From positions 1 through 47,160 of the forward strand of contig JBBTRD010000008.1 in NCBI GenBank assembly GCA_038065335.1: a stretch of 47,160 nucleotides of DNA, in the 5' to 3' direction. Shown here piece after piece: positions 1 to 7,390 of this stretch. A program made the position numbers and the translations under genes. A model generated the notes under the pieces. The model was not told where the DNA came from. It worked only from the letters and a program-made list of their open reading frames with translations, and made no database searches. The DNA is from Patescibacteria group bacterium (GTDB lineage Bacteria > Patescibacteriota > Minisyncoccia > 2-02-FULL-40-12 > GWA2-44-9). Positions within the stretch are counted from its first letter, which is position 1, and every line of letters starts with the position of its first letter.

Positions 1-49
1 AGTCGCCGAGCGAAGCGAGGCGAACCAAAACTCTTTGACTTTTCCTACG

Positions 50-124
50 TGGTGCCCCCGGTAAGAATCGAACTCACATCCACTCCTTAGAAGAGAGTCG
101 CTCTATCCATTGAGCTACGGGGGC
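50..124 (-). tRNA. tRNA-Arg (anticodon TCT), 3' CCA encoded
   Basis: The reverse complement folds as a 75-nt cloverleaf: acceptor GCCCCCG/CGGGGGC, D arm GCTC-AATGGATA-GAGC, anticodon arm ACTCT-CTTCTAA-GGAGT, T arm GTGAG-TTCGATT-CTTAC, discriminator A plus CCA. Confidence 0.9.
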
Positions 125-189
125 AATTATAAAATTTTACTATAAAATAGCGGTATTTACAATTACTCTGATTGGATTATACTAAAAAA

Positions 190-342
190 ATGAAACGTAT
201 CCTCACGATTATTGCAGTGGTTGTCATTATTGCTAGCGCCTGGTGGTTTTTAAGTACTCCGGTCCAAGCGCCAACTAATACACCTATACCAACAGTTTCT
301 TCAAGCGCTGGCCCGATACCAGAGAATACAAAGCCGAAATAG
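190..342 (+). CDS. small hypothetical membrane peptide (50 aa), possibly the 5' part of a disrupted ORF of about 71 aa
   Basis: Not in the ORF track (<60 aa). ATG 190 to TAG 340-342 encodes MKRILTIIAVVVIIASAWWFLSTPVQAPTNTPIPTVSSSAGPIPENTKPK with a hydrophobic N-terminal helix. TATACT at 178-183 lies 6 nt upstream of the ATG. Confidence 0.3.
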   Translation: MKRILTIIAVVVIIASAWWFLSTPVQAPTNTPIPTVSSSAGPIPENTKPK

Positions 343-538
343 AGAATACCTTAAAACAATTTTCCACCATCAAAAACGTCGTCATCTCCATCAACGGCCG
401 AACCGAAGATATTCTCCAGCCGTAGATTTATTCTCTTGATCCTGTTATAATAATTAGCGAATCTGATTAAAAGCTTGCTTTTAGTTCAGATGAGCGAAAT
501 TATTATACAACGTATAATACAAGAACTATTTTAATATT

Positions 539-611
539 GGGGGATATGGTGAAGCGGTTATCACAGCTCTCTGTGGCAGAGCGATCACGAGTTCGAATCT
601 CGTTATCCCCC
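539..611 (+). tRNA. tRNA-His (anticodon GTG) with genome-encoded G-1
   Basis: Cloverleaf: G-1 plus acceptor GGGGATA/TATCCCC, D arm GTGA-AGCGGTTA-TCAC, anticodon arm GCTCT-CTGTGGC-AGAGC, T arm ACGAG-TTCGAAT-CTCGT, discriminator C. CCA is not fully encoded. Confidence 0.9.
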
Positions 612-807
612 CAAGTGAGAATTTTACTAAAAATATCCAATAAAATGATATGCTTTGAGTTCAATTGGAAACATTGACAGAACCAACTAAATAATATAAG
701 ATATATTTACCGCGATAAAGATTTTGCGGTGAGCTATGAGATTTTCATAGCTATTCCTTGAGAAGGAGCCAGTTACGGGAAAAGTTACGACAGCTGAAGC
801 AAGACAT

Positions 808-1173
808 GTGCGAGCCGAGAGATGGTTGAGGGAACGGGGTTACTGTGTCACCTCTGACTCTAGTACGTATGATAATGAGTCAGAAAGCAAACCTGACGCC
901 TTTCGGAGCATCACTATCGATAAACTTCAACCCAGGAAGTTCTTGTGGTGGAGGTGGCAAGGGTGTCCCAAGTTCCGTCTTGTCACTCTGTGGATTCAGT
1001 ATCCCACCGTGGGTGCCCATGGCAAGAACTGGGTGCTTCATGTCTATGGCCGTCAGAACATGGATAAGTTCGTAGACGTTGCCAAAGAGTTAGCTGAAGA
1101 TCTTCGGGTTAACATCCATGTTCGTCTGGAGAAAGAAGATGAGGAGTGGATTCTCTACGCTCCTATGATGTAG
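808..1173 (+). CDS. hypothetical protein (121 aa), GTG start
   Basis: Longest ORF in the tRNA-His/obg gap. It is followed directly by a hairpin terminator, and I recognise no motif in it. Confidence 0.5.
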   Translation: MRAERWLRERGYCVTSDSSTYDNESESKPDAFRSITIDKLQPRKFLWWRWQGCPKFRLVTLWIQYPTVGAHGKNWVLHVYGRQNMDKFVDVAKELAEDLRVNIHVRLEKEDEEWILYAPMM

Positions 1174-1177
1174 TTTC

Positions 1178-1209
1178 ATGGCTCTGTGGGTTTCAACCCA
1201 CAGAGCCAT
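1178..1209 (+). terminator. hairpin terminator (13-bp perfect stem)
   Basis: ATGGCTCTGTGGG-tttcaa-CCCACAGAGCCAT followed by ATTTTAATAT, between convergent genes. Confidence 0.6.
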
Positions 1210-1308
1210 ATTTTAATATGTTTAAAGATTCTGACTTCCTCTACGACGGCCCCCAGAAAAACTTTCAATCATCGAAACCATTCTTCAGCATCTCGAAAAC
1301 CGTCAGTC

Positions 1309-2304
1309 CTAGATTATTTTTTGACTCGCGATAACGTTGAGGATTTTTTTGACTCGTTCCATGCTTTCGCTGTCGTGAATTGAGAGCGTTTCTATTTGGA
1401 GCTTTCCGCCGGAGGCGGATCCGCCTTTGGCGGATTGTTTCAATTTTGCAATAATCTTTTTCATTTCGACTGGTTCGATCATGTCGGACTTTGAGATGAA
1501 TAAATATTCTCTCTTTTTTAACAGGAGCGGATTATACGCGCCGAGTTCATTGCGAATAATGCCATAATCGGTGACAGGATCGGTTGATTCCGCGGACAAC
1601 AAATGGAAGAGAGTATTAGTGCGTTCAACGTGTCGGAGAAACTTCACGCCCAACCCTTTGCCACCGGACGCGCCCTCTATAATTCCCGGCACATCGGCCA
1701 AAATTAAATCATAGTACACGCCCAAATGCGGCTCAAGCGTGGTAAAAGCATAATTAGCGACTTTGCTTTTGGCTCGAGTGAGTTCGTTTAAAAGCGACGA
1801 CTTGCCGGCATTAGGCAGACCAATCAAGCCAACATCGGCGATAAGTTTTAGTTCTAATCGGACCGTGTATTTTTCTCCGGCTTCGCCTTTTTGAAATTCT
1901 TTTGGGCTAGTATTAGTTGATGAGCGAAAATGATAATTACCCTTTCCACCTCGGCCGCCTTGAGCGACCATCATTTTCTCGCCGATTTTGGTGATTTCGA
2001 CGTCGATTTTTGTGTCTAAATTGTGAACAACCGTTCCAATGGGGACTTGGATAATTAAATCGGCGCCGGTTTTGCCGTCGTTGTACTGCCGGCCGCCAAT
2101 CCCGCCATCTTCGGCTTTGAAAACTTTACTATGACGCAAGCGCAACAAAGCTCCGAGATCAGCCACCCCTTCAACATAAACCTGACCGCCATTTCCGCCC
2201 GTCGCGCCCGTCGGCCCAAGAGACATCATATTCTTATTAAAAGAAACCGTTCCATCTCCACCATTCCCCGCCACCACCCTGATTGTAATATCATCAATCA
2301 ACAT
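1309..2304 (-). CDS. obg: GTPase Obg/CgtA
   Basis: 331 aa. Obg-fold Gly-rich N-domain (GNGGDGTVSF, GGNGG, GGRGGKGN), G1 GLPNAGKSS, G3 DVPGIIEGA. Confidence 0.93.
   Translation of the reverse strand: MLIDDITIRVVAGNGGDGTVSFNKNMMSLGPTGATGGNGGQVYVEGVADLGALLRLRHSKVFKAEDGGIGGRQYNDGKTGADLIIQVPIGTVVHNLDTKIDVEITKIGEKMMVAQGGRGGKGNYHFRSSTNTSPKEFQKGEAGEKYTVRLELKLIADVGLIGLPNAGKSSLLNELTRAKSKVANYAFTTLEPHLGVYYDLILADVPGIIEGASGGKGLGVKFLRHVERTNTLFHLLSAESTDPVTDYGIIRNELGAYNPLLLKKREYLFISKSDMIEPVEMKKIIAKLKQSAKGGSASGGKLQIETLSIHDSESMERVKKILNVIASQKII
1405..1434. repeat. 30-nt GGATCC-centred palindromic element, in frame in obg
   Basis: TCCGCCGGAGGCGGATCCGCCTTTGGCGGA, identical to 5630-5659. It is translated as SAKGGSASGG in obg. 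Confidence 0.9.
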
Positions 2305-2446
2305 AGGCCCATGCTCTCATATTCTGAATATTTTTACTCCAGTTTCTTGGAAAGAGCAGTTAACGGACTGATTGCGGGGAATTTCCCTACTGCAAATTAT
2401 TACATATGGGTTCTATTTTGTAAAGGGTTAGGCTTTCTTTTTTAGG

Positions 2447-2455
2447 TGCTATACT
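2447..2455 (+). promoter_or_regulatory. extended -10 (TGcTATACT), 7 nt upstream of ATG 2463
   Basis: TG-n-TATACT with no Shine-Dalgarno motif before the ATG. The spacing fits a leaderless transcript. Confidence 0.5.
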
Positions 2456-2462
2456 TAATATA

Positions 2463-5384
2463 ATGACAGAATTTAATAAACTATACGGACAACTGAATAA
2501 AGCTCAAAAAGAAGCCGTCGATACGATTGAAGGGCCGGTGATGGTCGTGGCCGGGCCGGGGACGGGCAAGACCCAGATTTTGACGTTGCGAATCGCAAAT
2601 ATTTTATTAAAAACCGATACGCCACCGGGCGGGATTTTGGCGTTAACGTTTACTGAAGCTGGAGCAAAAGAAATGAAACGACGCCTCCGTGAAATTATTG
2701 GACCTCAAGCCAATGATGTTCGGATTCATACCTATCACGGATTCGCGAATTCGATTATTGTTGAATTTGACGACCACTTTCCGCATCTTGGGCGGATTAA
2801 ACAAATTACCGAGATTGAAGCCGAAATGCTGGTGCGGGATATTTTAAAGGAAAAACGATTTGCGAAATTGCGGCCGTTTGGTGAGCCGGATTTTTACGTG
2901 GATAAAATTATTGGCACGATTAGTGACGCCAAAAAAGAAGCTTGGACGCCAGAAATGGTGCGGGTGTTTGCCACTGATGAAATCAAACGAATAGAAAAAG
3001 ACGAAAAATCCATGTCTTCCCGCGGACCCACCAAGGGCAAACTCAGGGCCGAAGCTCTAAAACGAATTGAAAAATGCGAACGAACGATTCTGTTTGCCGA
3101 CGTATATAAAGCTTATGAACAATCAAAAAAAGACCAGCGGAAGATGGACTATGATGATTTAATCGTCGAACTTCTGCTGGTTTTTCGCACCGACGAACTT
3201 TTGCTGAAGATGATTCAGGAACGGTTTTTATATATTCTTGTGGATGAGCATCAAGACACCAATGATTCTCAAAATGTGTTAATTCGAATGATTGCCGATT
3301 TTTTTGAAACGCCGAATCTGTTCGTGGTGGGCGATGAGAAACAAGCTATCTATCGATTTCAGGGCGCGTCGGTTGAAAATTTTCTTCGATTTCAGAATAT
3401 CTGGAAGTCAATGCGGGTAATTCCGCTGGAGACAAATTATCGCTCTCATCAGAGTATTTTAGACGCAAGTTTTTCAATGATCGAGCATAATTACGCCATT
3501 GGTGAACATGATAATCTTCGAATTCCGCTTCATTCTGATACTGATGAAACACCGTGTCCGATAGATTTGATTATGGCCGGGAATATGGTGGCTGGCGATA
3601 CATATTTGGCAAACGAGATACGGACAATTTTAAATAAATATCCCACAAAAACAATCGCCATTATTACAAGAAGAAACCGTGAGATTGAGCATTTATTGAG
3701 ACTTTGTGAGCGATGCGATATTCCAGCGTCCGCCGAGCGTGGGATTGATATCTTTTCTCATCCCCTCGGGACACTTTTTTTTGCTCTCATTGAATTTTTG
3801 GCTGATCCTAGCGCAATTGAAGCGCTGGCTAAAACTATCGCCGGTGGACTGTGGAATCTTAATTTCGAAACCCAAATTCGACTAATTAGGGCTATCCGGG
3901 CCGGAACGGTTAGCGAAATTGATAAAGAAATTACCGCAATTGCGATATTAAAAAAAGAAGCAACCCAAATTGGCGCGATTGCATATCTTACGCTAGCCGG
4001 GGAATTAAGTGGAATCAATGCTCTTGCCTCCCGAGATCCACTCTCTGCCGAAGTGTGGCGAGCGATAATTTTACTTGCTTCAGAACTTGCCGGTCGAGGC
4101 AGTACTGATGATCCAATAAAACTAATCAACGATTTGTTGGCTTACCGCGCTTCGGCAGATAAGAAAAGCATTAAAATTAGTACCGGTGTGTCCAATGCTC
4201 AAGTTCGTATCATGACCGCCCACGGTTCAAAGGGATTGGAATTTGACTATGTCTTTGTGCCATACGCGACGGAAGAATCCTGGATTATCCATGGTCGAGG
4301 AGCATATTTTATTCTGCCAAGAGAAAAAGAAGAAGGAGACGAAATTCGGGATATTCGTCGTTTGTTTTATGTTGCTTTGACTCGCGCGCGTAGCCACGTT
4401 TGCATCATTTCTCCGTATGAAGAAAGCCCGGATCAACCATTAACGCCGTTACGTTTTTTGGACGAAATTCCCTCGCGGTATATTTCCAGAATTGATTTAC
4501 CCGCCCAAGCCCTAACGAGTGTTAAGGCGCAATCCATTGAAACCATCGGTTCGCATCGGGCAATGGAAATGATTGAGTATGCCAAACGTTCACTCCGGGA
4601 GCACGGTCTTTCGGTTACCGCCCTTAATCATTTTTGCGAATGTCCCAATAAGTTTTTATTTAAAAGTATTCTAAAACTTCCTGAACCGCCCTCGGCCAAC
4701 GCGGAAAGAGGGAATGCGATGCACGAAGCCATGGCCCGTGTTTGGCATTTGACGGACAAGAGTGAATCAACAATTACGGCTACCATCAAAAAAATCGTCC
4801 ATGAGTATTTTCGGGATTCATTATTGCCTATTTTTGAAAAAGAGCCGATTATTGAAGAACTTATTGTCGATGCGCCGATAGTGGCCGCCGCGCTGAAAAC
4901 CCACATTAGTCAGACCGGTACAATTGCCACTGAAATGTGGGTCGAACAATTGCTGGAGACGGCATACGGAAAAGAAGTCGTGTCGCTAAATCTCCACGGT
5001 AAACTTGACGCGGTCTTGGATACTAAGTCCGCGGTTTTTGTTTTTGATTATAAAACTCGTGAAGCTTTAAGTATCAATGCCATCAAAGGTGAAACAAAAA
5101 ATAGTAATCGCGATTACTTCCGCCAACTGGTATTTTACAAAATACTGCTTGAGAAAAATCAAAAATACAAAAACAAATCAATTGAACCTGCCCTTGTATT
5201 TATTAAACCAGATTCAAAAAATCGCTGCCCAATTATTTCTCTTCCCGTAGAGCCCGCGGACATTAAACAGGTTAAGCAAGAAATCAAGGATTTAATAGAA
5301 AGCGTTTGGTCCGGTAAATTTCTTACCACCACCTGCGACGACAAAGATTGTGAATACTGCGCTTTACGAAAGATGATGGAGTGA
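2463..5384 (+). CDS. UvrD/PcrA-family SF1 helicase fused to a C-terminal PD-(D/E)xK (RecB/Cas4-like) nuclease with a Cys cluster
   Basis: 973 aa. Helicase motifs AGPGTGKT, VDEHQDT, TNYRS, AHGSKGLEFD, YVALTRAR. The C-terminus has D..DYKT..Q..Y plus C...CDDKDCEYC. Confidence 0.88.
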   Translation: MTEFNKLYGQLNKAQKEAVDTIEGPVMVVAGPGTGKTQILTLRIANILLKTDTPPGGILALTFTEAGAKEMKRRLREIIGPQANDVRIHTYHGFANSIIVEFDDHFPHLGRIKQITEIEAEMLVRDILKEKRFAKLRPFGEPDFYVDKIIGTISDAKKEAWTPEMVRVFATDEIKRIEKDEKSMSSRGPTKGKLRAEALKRIEKCERTILFADVYKAYEQSKKDQRKMDYDDLIVELLLVFRTDELLLKMIQERFLYILVDEHQDTNDSQNVLIRMIADFFETPNLFVVGDEKQAIYRFQGASVENFLRFQNIWKSMRVIPLETNYRSHQSILDASFSMIEHNYAIGEHDNLRIPLHSDTDETPCPIDLIMAGNMVAGDTYLANEIRTILNKYPTKTIAIITRRNREIEHLLRLCERCDIPASAERGIDIFSHPLGTLFFALIEFLADPSAIEALAKTIAGGLWNLNFETQIRLIRAIRAGTVSEIDKEITAIAILKKEATQIGAIAYLTLAGELSGINALASRDPLSAEVWRAIILLASELAGRGSTDDPIKLINDLLAYRASADKKSIKISTGVSNAQVRIMTAHGSKGLEFDYVFVPYATEESWIIHGRGAYFILPREKEEGDEIRDIRRLFYVALTRARSHVCIISPYEESPDQPLTPLRFLDEIPSRYISRIDLPAQALTSVKAQSIETIGSHRAMEMIEYAKRSLREHGLSVTALNHFCECPNKFLFKSILKLPEPPSANAERGNAMHEAMARVWHLTDKSESTITATIKKIVHEYFRDSLLPIFEKEPIIEELIVDAPIVAAALKTHISQTGTIATEMWVEQLLETAYGKEVVSLNLHGKLDAVLDTKSAVFVFDYKTREALSINAIKGETKNSNRDYFRQLVFYKILLEKNQKYKNKSIEPALVFIKPDSKNRCPIISLPVEPADIKQVKQEIKDLIESVWSGKFLTTTCDDKDCEYCALRKMME

Positions 5385-5587
5385 GCAGAACTTGGTGTTT
5401 TTTCTCAGGCTTCCGCTTGAAGATAGTCGTAGTTTTTGGTATTATTTCAATGACCCAGTAATACAACTTCCAGTTGGCTTGGGTAATTCTTTTGTATACT
5501 GGTATAGATTTAGAAAATTGTTTATTAAAAGAATATTGTGTAATTAATTTAAACGCCAGAAAGAATTCTGGAAGTTGATATACTGGG

Positions 5588-7387
5588 ATGACTCATCAAG
5601 AAATACGAGAAAAATTTATTAAATTCTTCTCCGCCGGAGGCGGATCCGCCTTTGGCGGAGAAGTTCTTAAACACAAGACCGTGCCGTCTTTTTCGTTGTT
5701 GCCAACCGATTCGTCGGTGTTGTTTACGACCGCCGGAATGCAACAGTTTAAACCGTATTATACGGGTGATGGCGATGCCATGAAAGATTTTGGGTCGCTT
5801 AATACTGTTTCAATCCAAAAATCAATGCGCACTTCAGATATTGATTCCGTGGGGGATGAATCACACCTCACCTTTTTTGAGATGCTCGGCAACTTCTCCT
5901 TTGGCGGTTATTGGAAAAAAGAAGCCATTGAGTATGCTCACGAATTTATAACCAAAGAGATGGGCTTAAAAATAGATTATGTTTCTGTATTTGGTGGCGA
6001 ATCCTTCGACTCCGTTCAGGACAAATCCGGCAGTGTACCGCCAGATTTGGAATCAGAAAAAATATGGCAATCGCTTGATTCATCATTGGAAGTAAAGCGA
6101 GCGGGTCGAAACGATAATTTTTGGGGACCGACGGGCAGTGAGGGTCCTTGCGGTCCGACAACGGAGATTTACGTGAATGGTCTAGAAGTTTGGAATATTG
6201 TTTTTAATGAATATTACCAATCTGCCAATAAGCAATTGAACCCCCTTAAAATTAAAGGCATTGATACTGGTATGGGCCTTGAACGTTTAGCCATGGTCTC
6301 GCAGGGGAAAACAAATATTTTTGAAACCGATTTATTTGAACCCCTTATTCAAACGTTGCCGGATTCTTTAGATTTAAGAAAGAAAAGGATTATTAGTGAT
6401 CATTTGCGAGCCGCGGTTTTTTTGATTGCTGACGGTGTCACGCCATCCAACAAAGATCAAGGCTATATTTTGCGACGTCTTTTGCGCCGAGCGATGGTTT
6501 ATGAAAATCAAGCGAATTTATCACCCCAAGTATTTGAAAACGTTTTAAGAAAGGTAATCGAAATGTATGGCCGTGAATATCCGGAAATAAAATCAAAAAA
6601 AGACGAAATAGTAAACTCTTATTTCGCTGAATGGAATAAATTTAAGAAAGCCCTTTCATCTGGCATTAAGGAACTTGAAAAACTAGGAATCATTGATGCT
6701 CAATCAGCTTTTAAGCTCTATGAAAGTTATGGTTTGCCTTTTGAAGTGATAAAAGAAGTGGGCGGGGACAAAGCGTCGAATTTAACACGGAAAGACTTTG
6801 AAACGGAAAGGATCCACCATCAGGAAAAATCTCGAGCCGGCGCGGAAAAAAAATTCGGCGGACATGGCATGACTACTAGTGACCCTTCGACGGGCTCAGG
6901 GCTAGCTTCTGAAGAAGCTAGAAAGAAAACCAGACTTCACACAGCCACTCATATTGTGGTCGCGTCTCTAGAGAAAGTTTTAGGCGAATCATTAAAACAA
7001 GCTGGCGCTGATATCACCGCCGAACGCTTGCGTTTTGATTTTGCCTTTCCACGCAAAGTGACGCCGGAAGAATTGGCTGAAGCCGAGAAAATCGCCAATC
7101 AAGCCGTGGCCGATAATTTAGAAGTTTGGTTTGAGGAACTATCGCTGGAAGAAGCTTTTGCTTCCGGCGCTCATGGCGCTTTTGCCTATAAATATCCGCC
7201 CCGAGTCACCGTTTACACTGTTGGGGGCAAGAAAGGCCCCGACGCGAAGGTCGGGGTAGATTATTTCTCTCGTGAAATTTGCGGCGGCCCCCATGTCTCC
7301 CACACCGCTGAAATCGGTCATATTAAAATCACTAAAGAGGAATCCGTGAGCGGAGGAAATAGGCGAATTCGAGCCGTGATTGAATAG
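5588..7387 (+). CDS. alaS: alanine--tRNA ligase, compact form without a C-Ala domain
   Basis: 599 aa. Motifs FTTAGMQQFKPYY, FEMLGNFSFG, WGPTG..GPCGP, and editing-domain HTATH and CGGPHV. The ORF ends just after the editing domain. Confidence 0.92.
   Translation: MTHQEIREKFIKFFSAGGGSAFGGEVLKHKTVPSFSLLPTDSSVLFTTAGMQQFKPYYTGDGDAMKDFGSLNTVSIQKSMRTSDIDSVGDESHLTFFEMLGNFSFGGYWKKEAIEYAHEFITKEMGLKIDYVSVFGGESFDSVQDKSGSVPPDLESEKIWQSLDSSLEVKRAGRNDNFWGPTGSEGPCGPTTEIYVNGLEVWNIVFNEYYQSANKQLNPLKIKGIDTGMGLERLAMVSQGKTNIFETDLFEPLIQTLPDSLDLRKKRIISDHLRAAVFLIADGVTPSNKDQGYILRRLLRRAMVYENQANLSPQVFENVLRKVIEMYGREYPEIKSKKDEIVNSYFAEWNKFKKALSSGIKELEKLGIIDAQSAFKLYESYGLPFEVIKEVGGDKASNLTRKDFETERIHHQEKSRAGAEKKFGGHGMTTSDPSTGSGLASEEARKKTRLHTATHIVVASLEKVLGESLKQAGADITAERLRFDFAFPRKVTPEELAEAEKIANQAVADNLEVWFEELSLEEAFASGAHGAFAYKYPPRVTVYTVGGKKGPDAKVGVDYFSREICGGPHVSHTAEIGHIKITKEESVSGGNRRIRAVIE
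5630..5659. repeat. 30-nt GGATCC-centred palindromic element, in frame in alaS
   Basis: 30/30 identical to 1405-1434. It is translated as SAGGGSAFGG. Confidence 0.9.
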
Positions 7388-7390
7388 GAA

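Noticed and set aside
1-1308. Prophage or integrative element at the two tRNA genes.
   Set aside because: There is no integrase, no phage-like genes, and no direct repeat of either tRNA 3' end in the flanks.
845-2445. Track ORFs 845..1075, 1146..1334, 1186..1383 and 2131..2445.
   Set aside because: They are alternative-frame or antisense shadows of the 808..1173 ORF, obg or intergenic DNA. They have no motifs and overlap better-supported features.
3346-5344. Minus-strand ORFs inside the helicase gene (3346..3552, 3693..3875, 3758..4129, 4227..4436, 4628..4906, 5159..5344).
   Set aside because: They are antisense shadows of a 973-aa ORF that has a full helicase and nuclease motif set.
5385-5587. 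Possible T-box leader upstream of alaS.
   Set aside because: There is no specifier-loop/T-box consensus and no terminator/antiterminator pair, only a small CCAGAA-agaa-TTCTGG hairpin. The TGaTATACT box at 5576-5584 is only 3 nt from the ATG, so I also did not count alaS among the leaderless examples.
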